A DNA stretch of 64,000 nucleotides from Octopus sinensis (taxonomy: Eukaryota): contig NC_043014.1 in NCBI RefSeq assembly GCF_006345805.1, positions 10,168,001-10,232,000 of the forward strand. Reading direction: 5' to 3'. Shown here piece after piece: positions 1 to 11,400 of this stretch. The notes beneath the pieces are model-generated. The model was not told the origin of the DNA, searched no databases, and was given only the letters and a program-made list of their open reading frames with translations. Position numbers and translations under genes: made by a program. Position 1 is the first letter of the stretch. Every line of letters starts with the position of its first letter.

Positions 1-414
1 ATTAGAAGTTTTCGCCTGTTTTTATTTCTCTGGACAAAATATAAAATAAACACGATTCAAATTCATATCTTAAATTATAATCTTTTGGAAAATATTGAAT
101 ACGTAATGATTTCTCACTTTAATAGAAAATTCAAATTATCAAATTGAAATCAACATTTTTTGCTGACATTCATTTTAAAATATTATATTGCTGGATATGA
201 TTTCCCTCGAGGCAGTTGATTTTATAGGTGGATGACTTATTTTATTTTCAATTCCCTATCATCAAAGTTGAAGCGAAATCTGTTGTCAACGACGTAAGTG
301 AAGGCTTCATAGGTGTTTCATTGGACTTCTTCAATGTCGTTAGATTGTAGTTACTTAACGTTTACTAAGATCGAATAAAGAGGACTTCTGATTAATGTCA
401 TTCCTAATAAGGGA

Positions 415-828
415 TACTCTTTTACTCTTTTACTTGTTTCAGTCATTTGACTGCGGCCATGCTGGAGCACCGCCTTTAGTCGAGCAAATCGACCCCGGGA
501 CTTATTCTTTGTAAGCCCAGTACTTATTCTATCGGTCTCTTTTGCCGAACCGCTAAGTGACGGGGACGTAAACACACTAGCATCGGTTGTCAAGCAATGC
601 TAGGGGGACAAACACAGACACACAAACACACAGACACATACATATATATATATATACATATATACGACAGGCTTCTTTCAGTTTCCGTCTACCAAATCCA
701 CTCACAAGGCATTGGTCGGCCCGGGGCTATAGCAGAAGACACTTGCCCAAGATGCCACGCAGTGGGACTGAACCCGAAACCATGTGGTTGGTTAGCAAGC
801 TACTTACCACACAGCCACTCCTGCGCCT
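415..828 (-). mobile_element. SINE family A (tRNA-derived, internal TA/TG microsatellite), full length
   Basis: Minus strand starts GGCGCAGGAGTGGCTGTGTGG (A-box-like), has GGTTCAGTCC (B-box-like) and ends in a (AAAGAGT)n tail. Near-identical copies recur throughout the window. Confidence 0.9.
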
Positions 829-851
829 ATATGCTATTCATATTTATTTCT

Positions 852-1165
852 GGGATCTTTATCTTTTGACCGACAGATTTAAAAACTAATGTTTTGTAAC
901 TAAACATTTTCGAACTTCGGACACTGGTAGAATGTGTCATATAAAACATCTTTTACTCTTAGCGTTTTTCAGAAAAACTTATATTTACGAAGTTATTTCA
1001 CTTTAATGTTGTCGTATTTCGGTAATTTCAACCAATCAATGACGTGTATTCAGCTGAATAAAATTACTGCCGTTGTTTGTCAACAACAGCTATCGGCGGT
1101 GTATTTTTCGTTTGTCACTGTTATTTATGACATCGTTCGTGCGTTTGTACTGGTTTTAAGATCTT
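852..1165. mobile_element. Unclassified non-autonomous DNA-transposon-like repeat (possibly Kolobok-type MITE), copy 1
   Basis: GGATCTTT...AAGATCTT ends. The internal block (GTAACTAAACA...CTGGTAGAATGTG...CAACCAATCAATGACGT) recurs inverted at 46245-46469. Confidence 0.45.
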
Positions 1166-1379
1166 AGGGTTATGGGTAAGAGCTTTAGAGTAGGGGTTGT
1201 CATAAATAATGGTGACAGGCGAAATATACACCACGCGAAGTTCTTGTTGATAAACAATAGTAGTAATTTTATTCAGCCGAATACTAATGCACGTTCCCAC
1301 GTTTTTATTGATCGCAATCTGGGATCGATTTTTGTAATTTTTTCAAGACTTATACACGCCCTGATGACGTCTGTATCTA

Positions 1380-1469
1380 CATATAACATTTGAGCGCAAT
1401 CGGATGGAGGATACCCGAGATTCTAGAAGACACACACACAGACAGACAGAACGGATTTTATATAATAGA
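1380..1469 (-). mobile_element. 5' end of a second Helitron-like family (fragment)
   Basis: Minus strand reads A|TCTATTATATAAAATCCGTTCTGTCTGTCTGTGTGTG, a typical non-autonomous Helitron 5' TC terminus followed by a TCTG/TG tract. No 3' CTAG end was found. Confidence 0.4.
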
Positions 1470-1470
1470 T

Positions 1471-1692
1471 GAGGGCGGGGAGCTGGCAGAATATTTTGCA
1501 CGCCGGGCAAAATGTTTAGGGCATATCGCCCGTCTTTACTTTCCCAGTTCAAATTCCGTCGAGTTCGATTTTAACTTTGACCTTTCGCGGTCGATAAAAT
1601 AAGTACAAGTTGAACATTAGGTCGATTTAATTAACAAAACACGTCTCTCCCCGCCAAACTGTCCAGCTTTGTGCCTACAGTAAAGAAGATTA
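1471..1692 (+). mobile_element. SINE family B, degenerate, alternative tail (B2)
   Basis: GGCGGGGAGCTGGCAGAA head, AGTTCAAATTCC B box, tail ending GTGCCTACAGTAAAGAAGATTATT. Confidence 0.7.
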
Positions 1693-1699
1693 TTTAAAA

Positions 1700-2101
1700 C
1701 TAGCAGTATCGCCCGGCGCTGCTCGGGTTTGTAAGGGAAATAACTATATAAGCATTTTTAGAGAGTTATAGCCAAAAAATAGCAAAAAAATGCACTAAAA
1801 ATGGAAAACAAATGATGGTAAATTTTTTTTAAATCGTTGACTCATCGTAGACATTTTTAGAGAGTTACTTCCCTTATATAATAGCGAAAAAATGCATTAA
1901 AATGGAAAAAATTATGGTAAATTATTTTTTTAAATCGTAGACTCATCGTAATACCAAGACGCGCGCTAATACCCAGAAGGGCTCGATATGAATCACGACT
2001 ATAAGATACCCGGTTTTGGTTAAATGCACCGCAAATGTGGGAGTAGTTAGGAATCTAAATCGTAGGAGACAGACACACAACTTCACTTTTATATATAAAG
2101 A
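1700..2101 (-). mobile_element. Non-autonomous Helitron, copy 1
   Basis: Minus strand: A|TCTTTATATATAAAAG ... CCCGAGCAGCGCCGGG hairpin ... CTAG|T. Inserted at an AT dinucleotide with no TSD; homologous to the copies at 40631, 47085 and 56702. Confidence 0.85.
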
Positions 2102-2367
2102 TATAAGCGTGGTGATCTGACAGAATCGTTAGCGCATCGAGCATTTCTTCCGAAAATTTGCGTTTTCAGTTCATATCTCGCCAAGATCAAATTGGTGATC
2201 ATCATTTTGGGTTTGATAACATAAATGACAGTTAAACACTGAGGTCGGTGTAATCTACTTAGCCCTGATCCCAAAATTGTTGACCCTGCGCCGAAATTTC
2301 AAACCCTTATTTAAAATGGGAACAACATTCAACATGTCATAAAGTAAAATACATCGTAAAATATATA

Positions 2368-2531
2368 GGCGCAGGAGTAGCTGAGTGGTAAGTAGCTTGC
2401 TTACCAACCACATGGTTCCGGGCCCAGTCCCACTGCGTGGCACCTTGGGCAAGTGTGTCATCTACTATAGCCTCGGGCCGACCAAAGTCTTGTGAGTGGA
2501 GTTGGTAGGCAGAAACTGAAAGAAGCCCGTC

Positions 2532-2578
<47 letters not shown>

Positions 2579-2631
2579 GGAAAGCCTACTATTATAACTA
2601 TAATATATCTAATTTTAATGATTGAGTGTAT

Positions 2632-2664
<33 letters not shown>

Positions 2665-2991
2665 GTAAATATGCATGTATGTATATCACGTGATCACGTG
2701 ACCGACCAGACCATCAGATGTTGTTACACATCGCTGGTCACAATGCGTTCGCATTGTTTTAGCCTTCGAATGACGCCACCCCGCTGGCTAAGCGAGCAGG
2801 CCAACAGAAGAAAGAGTGAGAGAAAGAGTGGTAAAAGAGTACAGCAAGGATCACCACCACCCCCTGCCGGAGCCTCGTGGAGCTTTTTAGGTGTTTTCGC
2901 TCAATAAACACTCACAACGCCCAGTCTGGGAATCGAAACCGCGATCCTGCGACCGCGAGTCCGCTGCCCTAACCACTAGGCCATTGCGCCT

Positions 2992-3050
<59 letters not shown>

Positions 3051-3290
3051 ATGGCAAAAATACGTCACTATATATATATATATATATATATATGTGTCTA
3101 TGTCCTCCCAACATCGCTTGACAACCGATGCTGGTGTGTTTACGCCCCCGTAACATTACCGGTTCAGCAAAAAAGAGACCGATAGAATAAGTACTAGGCT
3201 TACAAAGAATAAGTTCTGAGGTCGCTGTGCTTGACTAAAGGCGGTGCTCCAGCATGACCACAATCAAATGACTGAAACAAGTAAAAGAGT
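2368..3290 (+). mobile_element. SINE family A split by a nested SINE C insertion in its internal (TA)n
   Basis: The 5' half is at 2368-2533. The 3' half (CATCGCTTGACAACC...GAAACAAGTAAAAGAGT) is at about 3090-3290. Confidence 0.85.
2684..2994 (-). mobile_element. SINE family C, tail type 3
   Basis: TGGAGGCGCAATGGCCTAGTGG head and shared central domain, followed by a distinct tail ending GGTCACGTGATCACGTGATA. Confidence 0.85.
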
Positions 3291-3412
3291 AATTTCAAAT
3301 TACTAACTTACGTTGTTTGTGTGATTTGAGGTAGGGTAATTATCATCTCTGGTAGTATTTGTTATAATGACTGATTTGTATTTCGTATGTCAATATATTT
3401 TTCTGTTTCACG

Positions 3413-3560
3413 ACGGCGAGCTGGCAGAATTGTCAGTAGGCCGGATAAAATACGTAGCGGCATTTTGTCGATCCCTACATCGAGAGTTCAAATAGCAGCG
3501 AAATCACCGAGATTGACTTTGCCTTGTATCCTTTCAGGCTCCATGGAGTTAGTACTAGCT
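3413..3560 (+). mobile_element. SINE family B, degenerate 5' part
   Basis: GGCGAGCTGGCAGAA head and GAGTTCAAAT B box, abutting a SINE C. Confidence 0.65.
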
Positions 3561-3564
3561 GAGC

Positions 3565-3946
3565 GTGGAGGCGCAATGGCCCAGTGGTTAGGGAAGCGGA
3601 CTCGCGGTCATAGGATCGCGGTTTCCATTCCCAGACCGGGCGTTGTGAGTGTTTAGTGAGCGAAAACACCTAAAGCTCCATGAGGCTCCGGCAGGGGATG
3701 GTGGTGATCCCTGCTGTACTCTTTCACCACAACTTTCTCTCACTCTTACTTTCTGTTTCTGTTGTACCTGTATTTCAACGGGCCGGCCTCGTCACTCTCT
3801 GTGTCACGCTGAATATCCCTGAGAACTACGTTAAGGGTACACGTGTCTGTGGAGTGCTCAGCCACTTACACGTTAATTTCACGAGCAGGCTGTTCCGTTG
3901 ATTCGGATCAACCGGAAACCTCGTCGTCGTAACCGACGGAGTGCTT
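3565..3946 (+). mobile_element. SINE family C, tail type 1, full length
   Basis: tRNA-like head with A box TGGCCCAGTGG and B-box-like GGTTTCCATTCC; tail ends GTAACCGACGGAGTGC. Confidence 0.9.
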
Positions 3947-4738
3947 TCATCCATTGTAGTTGATGAAGTGCATGTCAGCTTTCATTAAGTATACATTTGC
4001 AAGCATTATTTTCTACATCCATCTCTACACTCACTAGATCTTACACTATTTTTCTTCCGGATAGTATCATATAATTTGTGGGACATAAATGTTATTCGCA
4101 ACAGAACAAATTACCGGTGAAAAGCTTCAAAATTCATGAATAGGTTTCTGGTAAACATGCTGGGTTTAAGAACGCCCATTCTGTTTCGTTACTTAAAATA
4201 ACTTAGTCATTTGGTATGTCCCTCTCCTACAATTTAAAGGTACCCCAAAGTCACTATTTTGTACAGTGACTCACACATACATGCAGTATAAATGACGAAA
4301 TACTTGTGTATATGTCTGTTTGCTAACCAAAAATTTAGTGAGAAGTCAAGTCGGTATGAGTGTTTAAAGCTCGCAAGGAAGATATCTCCTCTAAAAACAC
4401 CGAAATTAGCGTGACGTTAAATACGAAATGTGTGGCGTTCTATTTGATATTGCAAAATCTCTGAAGATTTTGTATTTTTTATTTGGCATAACCTGAACAA
4501 ATTTTGTCATTATATTTTCTCTTTATTTTGTACTTGAGTTCGACTACGAACTGTCCAATATGCTCGGACGCATTTCATCGAAATAACCTAGGATATTCTA
4601 TAGCGAAAACGATCAATCTGTTTAGACTGCTCCACATAGACAACATTGTTAAGACAAACTTATTAGATGATATTTCGGTTTAAGTGATAATATCGGCTCG
4701 CGTAGCACCAGCTTGTGTGCTGTCACACACATACATGC

Positions 4739-4804
<66 letters not shown>

Positions 4805-4814
4805 ATATATATAT

Positions 4815-5000
4815 CAATAATTGAGGGTAAAATTAATTAGTTATTAATCAAATTTTTGAGTAAACATTATCTGGGAGAATTTTTCTTAAAGTAGTGGAAA
4901 TAGCTAAAAAACTTTTTGGCTGCTATTTCTAAAAAGTTCAGTATGTGGCAAAGTAATTTATTTTACTAAGCCCTAATTATATAATGTAATATTTTGTATA
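4815..5000. repeat. Short TA-flanked repeat of the 'TAGAAATAGCAG/CTGCTATTTCTA' family
   Basis: Shares GGCTGCTATTTCTAAAA...GTATGTGG with 34490-34650, 38145-38310 and 60805-60870; bounded by (TA)n. Confidence 0.5.
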
Positions 5001-5010
5001 TATATATATA

Positions 5011-5460
5011 TAAACTTGGATAAACTTAGATATGTTTCGACCAATGAGTGGTCCAGGACATGTCTAACTTAATAGCAGCACCTGATAGGATTATTTGAAT
5101 CCTGTTTAAGTCAAGGTTTGTTTATGGTCCATTCAAGTAGTGAGTTTTTGTTGGGTGAGTTGTATCCAATTATGGGTGGCTTATCTGGTATTCCTTGAAG
5201 GAATCTATCCAGACTCCGTTTAAAGTTGATGAGATCCTGTTCCGCTTTGATCTCTTTCGGGACAATGTTAAATAGGGCAGGGCCTGTTGAGGAAAAGAAA
5301 TTATGTTGTAGTGTACATGTATGCTGTGATCTTGAATTGGGCAGGGGACGTACGGCCCGTGGTCCCAGTCTATATATATTATACCTGAGGGAGTGAGAGT
5401 TTATAGACCAATGCCCCGCAAACATAAATCCGAAATACCAAATCTTACCTCTTTATCAAT
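5011..5460 (-). mobile_element. 3' end of a CR1/L2-like LINE (ORF2 C-terminus plus 3' UTR)
   Basis: ORF 5111-5425 ends ...HNFFSSTGPALFNIVPKEIK...FKRSLDRFLQGIPDKP, the typical C-terminal signature of CR1/L2-group ORF2. It is followed by a short 3' UTR and a repeated AAGTTTAT tail. Confidence 0.75.
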
Positions 5461-5696
5461 GCAGCGGAAATACTTCAACCCAATTCAGTCTAAATAAGGA
5501 AAGCATATTCATTAAAACATATAAACCACAGCTGAATATTCTTTAGAAAGAAGAAAAACACTAAAGATAATAAAGGAAAGAAATACTCACCCCCCCCCCC
5601 AAAAAAAAAAAAACAGATACAAGAGACAATTTAAAATAAAATATTTCGTAACACGCTTCCACGCAGGTTTCGAAACCACAACTCAAAATACCCAAA

Positions 5697-6068
5697 CGGC
5701 CTAGTAGTTAAGGCAGTGGACTCGCGGTCATAGGATCGCGGTTTCGATTCCAAGACCGGGCGTTGTGAGTGTTTATTGAGCGAAAACACCTAAAAGCTCC
5801 ACGAGGCTCCGGTAGGGGATGGTGGTGATCCCTGCTGTACTCTTTCACCACAAACTTTCTCTCAGTCTTACTTCCAGTTTCTGTTGTACCTGTATTTCAA
5901 CGGGCCGGCCTTGTCACTCTCTGTGTCACGCTGAATATCCCCGAGAACTACGTTAAGGGTGCACGTGTCTGTGGAGTGCTCAGCCACTTACACGTTAATA
6001 TCACGAGCAGGCTGTTCCGTTGATTCGGATCGACCGGAACCCTCATCGTCGTAACCGACGGAGTGCTT
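5697..6068 (+). mobile_element. SINE family C, tail type 1, slightly 5'-truncated
   Basis: Aligns by eye along its full length with 3565-3946. Confidence 0.9.
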
Positions 6069-6740
6069 CCATACATCCCACAAACAACAGTTCCTGACGT
6101 CACCTGATTCTGGAACACGGAAATTTTGCCTGCGATCAAAACGAAGCTTCAACAAATACAACAAAATGACCGTTTAAGTGAATCAGCCAACTGGAACGGC
6201 TGATGGCCATTCCCCACAGGGAAGCCAACCACACAGAACGACAGATTTGACAACCAGAAAAACAAGACGCCAAAAGTACTTTAACGAATCAAAAATCAGA
6301 TTCATTCACTGAAAAAAATTATAAATACACCGGATTCAAGAAAAACGCGGTTACAAGCAAAAGTTCTTGTACACGACGGAAAGAGAATCGCAAACTATAA
6401 ACCAAACCCCTTTTGTTTACTAGCTTCATTTCTCCCTTGTTTTTCTCCCTCTTAACTCAGTATGACCGAAACTTTGATGATATACAATATCTAGTAACAT
6501 TATATAATTTTATGCATCTTTTATATCATTCAGCCATGAACATTTAAACTTGTAAACATTGAAATTTTTAAACATGTTTTTCTAATTCATAAATCAAAAT
6601 TGTTACCATTGATAAACAAAAAAATATTGTTGAAACTTGTTTGGTATACATGTAAATAAATTTATTTAAAAGCAATTATAATTATTTAAATTTACCTATA
6701 TATTTTTTCCTGCGTGGAAATACACCTCTCTTTTGTTATA

Positions 6741-7114
6741 TACTCTTTTACTGTTTTACTGTTTTACTTGTTTCCTCGCCTTTAGTCGAGCAAACCGAAC
6801 CCAGAACTTATTCTTTGTAAGCCTAGTACTTATTCTATCGGTCTCTTTTGTCGAACCGCTACGTTACGGGGACGTAAACACACCAGCATCGCTTGTCAAG
6901 TGATGTAGGGGGACAGACACACACACATATATATATACATATACATATATACGACCGACTTATTTCAGTTTCCGTCTACCAAATCCACTCACAAGGTTTT
7001 GGTCTGCCCGAGGCTGTAGCAGAAGACACTTGCCCAAGGTGCCACGCAGTGGTACTGAACCCGGAACCAAATGGTTGGTAAGCAAGCTACTTGCTACACA
7101 GCCACTCCTGCGCC
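6741..7114 (-). mobile_element. SINE family A
   Basis: Head and tail as in 415-828, with a small deletion near the tail. Confidence 0.9.
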
Positions 7115-7919
7115 TATATATATACTAATTTCAAAGCGAACGATTTCCCAAACCTTGTTTTTGGAATGCAATTTTATTGGTCTAAAAAGTAATCTTTAAG
7201 ACATAATCAAGAAGGAACGCCACAAGGCTCCTAATTTAAAAATATTCACACTGAATAGTTATAGATGCCACTATCAGTTCAGGTGTTTGCTAGGTCGTGC
7301 TCTGTATTGTAAGAAATTGAATTCTGGGACCTTACATTTTAATTCTACTGAGTGAATTGCTCTTGTCTACGGGGGAAATAAGCAATCCATTAATAGCTCT
7401 TCTACAATATTTTTATGACCAATGCTCACCTTTCAACCCTCTCTCAGCGTAAGTGCTAATGGCAATGAATCAGTCATTAGCAAACCTGTCAAGATTGTTT
7501 AATTTAATCGGCTAAACAGACGCCTGAGCGGCAACAATCGAGGCAAGTTTACTCGTAATCAAATTGTTAGGCGTACAGCATACTTTATAGTTTTCAAAAT
7601 TTACAGAGAAGAAAAGAACTTCTACAAGTTTATTTGATAGTTTATTTGATAGTTAAACCTTTCAAACAGCGTTTCCAATTTCTTTTACCCTGTTGTTATA
7701 TAAGCAATCCAGAACTTATATTTGATTAAATCCGAAACTTGCTGTTAACAATATGTGAATATCACACTAGCCTTTATCTTATGCAGTGGAATGAAACATA
7801 CTTGCTTGTATGGCCAATGTTATCTTATTCAAATTCTTAAATTAGTCTACGTAAATTCATACTGACATGGTTTAGAAAAATTCTAGCAATACTGTAACGA
7901 CTTGTAAGGTATAAAGATT

Positions 7920-8118
7920 TTTTTTACTTGTTTCAGTCATGTGACTGTGGCCATGCGACGAGCTTCTTTCAGTTTCCGTCTACCAAATCCACTCACAAGG
8001 CTCTGGTCGGCCCGAGGCTACAGTAGAAACACTTACCTAAGGTGCCACGCAGTTGGACTGAACCCGGAACCATGTGGTTCGTAAACAAGCAACTTACCAC
8101 ACAGCCACTCCTACGTCT
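7920..8118 (-). mobile_element. SINE family A with internal deletion
   Basis: The tail (GCATGGCCACAGTCACATGACTGAAAC) is joined directly to the 5' half; the central ~200 bp is missing. Confidence 0.85.
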
Positions 8119-8850
8119 ATGCTATACATTTCTTCACTTATGCCAACGTTTCTGAGACATTCTACCTACGGTTAGACGTTCTATATTTGATAAATTCTAT
8201 TGGAAACCAATGTCATTTAGTATACCGCTGTATTAATAAGAACGACTGAAAAACTTTCTGTCCAGAGGACAAGATCAATATTCGCTTGTTAACGATATTA
8301 ACATCTTTCTTAGTTATAGTCGCTCGGAATCTATATTAATATACACTAATATGTCGTTAAGTTTTATTATGAAGACAACAATTGCCAGTACCTTAATCTA
8401 GAGTTATATCTAAGAAATTAACTTTGCTTAAGCTTCTATTTACTGCGATCTTTGAATACTTTGATTAATTCCTTCTTTATAGCATCCATCGCAAAGTCAT
8501 GACGCAAACTATGTAATCAATCCACAGAGGAGGGACAAATGTTACATAAATTTACAAACAGCATAAATTTACACTGGCATTTTCCATCCGAGGTAATGAA
8601 CATACTTGATATATCAATCTCTCTTTTCCCAAGATATATTAACTTAAGCTTCGAGTTAGCAATTATTAGAAATGTTTAAATGTAATATACACGTCATTCT
8701 GCTTAGAAGAATATTCTGTCGTATAACGAACTGTGTATGAGAGTATGAGTAGATACACTGAAGAAAGTCTGTGGTATTCGTCTCGGGACAGCATTTCTTA
8801 CAGACGTATAGTGTTACAAAATTATGATTAATTAAAATATATGAAACATA

Positions 8851-9127
8851 GGCACAAGCTTGGCTGAGTGGTAAGAAGCTTGCTTCCCAACGACATGGTT
8901 CCAGGTTTGTGTGTGTGTGTGTGTGCCCCCGCCATCGCTTGATAACCGATGCTGGTGTGTTTTTGTCCCCATAACGGCCCGGCAAAAGATAGCGTTAGAA
9001 TATACACTAGGCTTACGAAGAAGAAGTTCTGGGGTCGATTTTTTTCGACTAAAACCCTTTAAGGAGGTGCTCCAGCGTGGCCGCAATAAAATGATTGAAA
9101 CAAGTAAACTAATACAAGAATAAAAGA
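8851..9127 (+). mobile_element. SINE family A with internal deletion
   Basis: The head up to CATGGTTCCAGG is joined to the TG tract and the 3' half. Confidence 0.8.
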
Positions 9128-9642
9128 CTAAATGAATGCCAGATCAATCTCGTGTGGCAGCGGTGGTGGAATTGTTAAATATGTATTACTTCCTCTTTGA
9201 GCTTTGTGAAATGCAAGTATGCATTAATAACTACACGCCAAGACAAAACCAGTTTACACTGATATACAAAAAAGAAAACAGTGTTTGAATTAACATGAAT
9301 GATGTAATCAATGGACGGGATGAATAAGTATTCGCTGCGTGCACCAGAAACAGTATTGGTTCAAAATAGCAACGTGAGTTTCCTATATGGGTTGAGAGAC
9401 TCATTCCAGATTTCAGTGTGGCGCTTCAATACCAAGAGTAAGATCCCCTATACTATTAACGTCTAGCAAATTTTAAGGAGAGCCGCTCATTCCAACTATC
9501 TACTAAAGGCTGCAGAAAATTTGCGACATAAGGAATATCATGCTAACAGCCTAGCAGTAAAAGAATAAAGCCTGTACCAACTGGGAAATGGAAACTACGC
9601 ATGATTCAGGTGAGACCTTTCTAGGAGAGGACTAATTTGCGG

Positions 9643-9643
<1 letters not shown>

Positions 9644-9691
<48 letters not shown>

Positions 9692-9738
9692 ATTATTATT
9701 CAGGTATAGTAATAATAATAATAATAATCATAATAATA
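9644..9738. repeat. Compound (GTT)n/(TTA)n/(TAA)n microsatellite
   Basis: Direct reading of the sequence. Confidence 0.9.
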
Positions 9739-9774
9739 ACATCGAAAAATACCTTAGGAATGAGAACCCAGGTG

Positions 9775-10545
9775 GACGAAATCTTCATCATTTCTTCTGA
9801 CCAAATTTAAACATCGCCAACGAGTATTGAAGAGGGAACTTTTTTCACTGAAAATTTTCGCTAGAAACTTCTTTGATCGAAACGAAACTCACCTGGGTTC
9901 TTCGGCAGAATACAATTACTATATTTTTCGTGTTCGGCAGCGGATAACTTTCTTAAAAGTAGTCGTACTTTTTCTCGTCGGACCATCTTTTACATTCTTT
10001 CTTGAAGATTTCTTCGTATCTTCAAAAATATGCAGAGAAGGTAATCCCTTCTTCTGGTTTGTGGCTGCATTCTTCAATTGAGTTTGCTACGCTGTTTGGC
10101 GAAAACGAACTTAAAATATTTTAAGACTTCTTCAACATTCTTACAATTCCTGCTGGTGCTGCTGTTGCTGTATTTGTTGGTGGTGTTGCTGCTGTTGCAA
10201 CTGCACTACGTAGGCCAATAAATCGTTTATGTTAAAACAATATTTTGTTTAGTTTCATATCAAAAGAAAAAAAAAAATTTCAACGTCCAACGCAAGGTTC
10301 GAACAACTCGTCGCCGCTTTTATATCTTTGTATGTTGGGTATTTAATTTAACAAAGCAAAGGGGGGAAAAGTAGTTATACAGCACGCTACTATTACTATT
10401 ACACCATACTCAACGCTTTCAATACTGCTCACAGTGAACTGCTTACCAACTCAAACTGCCAATCACACACAGTTCTTTCATTTATATCACAGAGTCAGTC
10501 CACCTGTAGACACTTGGGTGTGGTGGTCGAAAATCTTGCTCAACA
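9775..10545 (-). mobile_element. Truncated Gypsy LTR retrotransposon: LTR, PBS and degenerate gag
   Basis: Minus strand: LTR starts TGTTG at 10545 and has TATAAAT; PBS-like CGGCGACGAG at 10307-10316. Frameshifted gag reads ...PEEGITFSAYF*RYEEIF...KVRLLLRKLSAAEHEKYSNCILPKNP..., homologous to the gag at about 39500-39700. Confidence 0.75.
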
Positions 10546-11117
10546 ATATCATGAAAATATAATGTCCATAATATATACATATGTGTGTGTGTGTGCATGT
10601 AAACGCTTGATCTGTGTGTCCCCATATAAAACTAAATTATCGTTATAGACATAAAGACTCGTTGTAAAACTGATAGATCATGATAAGTATGCAGAATTTG
10701 TATAACTAATGTGTTATACAAATTTATACAAACAACTTGGAGGAGAGTTATGAATAATAGACAGAAATATGGCAACGTTTCTCATATATAAGTATGATCT
10801 TTTGAAGAATTTCGTCAATTGAAATTCATGAAATTAAAAGACAAATTTCCTTCTAGAAATGTTTAAAATGTTAAAACAAATATGGACGCCGTCTATAATT
10901 AGATTAACTGATCAAGACTTTTGACAAAACAAACAATGCAATTTGAAGTGGATTTCGTTTTGAAATTCGTATGGTGAACGCATCTTACATGTTACATTTA
11001 CTATTTGAGCTCCTTCGATAAACAATGTGCAATGATATGAGATATAATACATACGTGTATATATTTTCCATGTATTCCGTGACGAACTTCTGTTTAAATT
11101 TTGAAACTTTTATATCA

Positions 11118-11195
<78 letters not shown>

Positions 11196-11240
11196 ATAAT
11201 TTTGAAACTCTTATATCTGTGTGTGTATATATATATATAT

Positions 11241-11400
11241 AGGGAGAATTCCCGAAAAACACAAAAGACGAAGGCAGGTGGTGTAGAAAACAAACAGGTG
11301 TATTAGTATAACGCTCAGGAATAGAAAAAATTCTTTAACATTCCGAGCCTACGCTCTTCCGCAGAAAGGAACACAAAAAGAAACAAGGAGACAAAAAAAG
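11241..11400 (-). mobile_element. TA-anchored short element with hammerhead-like motif (family H1), copy 1
   Basis: Homologous to 58575-58761, 21290-21440 and 22985-23050; ends at CTCCC-(TA)n. Motif at 11333-11368. Confidence 0.65.

Noticed and set aside
351-889. Recurrent 60-130-aa ORFs (MTTDA..., MSSNARG..., MVVIPAV...) appearing many times
   Set aside because: They are incidental frames within SINE A and SINE C copies.
1361-1415. CUGAUGA followed by a 6-bp stem
   Set aside because: The stem is followed by GAGG, not GAAA, and its right arm lies in an unrelated Helitron-like fragment.
3565-3640. tRNA-like sequences with A and B boxes (many copies)
   Set aside because: They are SINE heads continuing into SINE bodies; no complete cloverleaf or acceptor stem.
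9827-10081. 84-aa hydrophobic plus-strand ORF
   Set aside because: It is the antisense shadow of the minus-strand Gypsy gag fragment.
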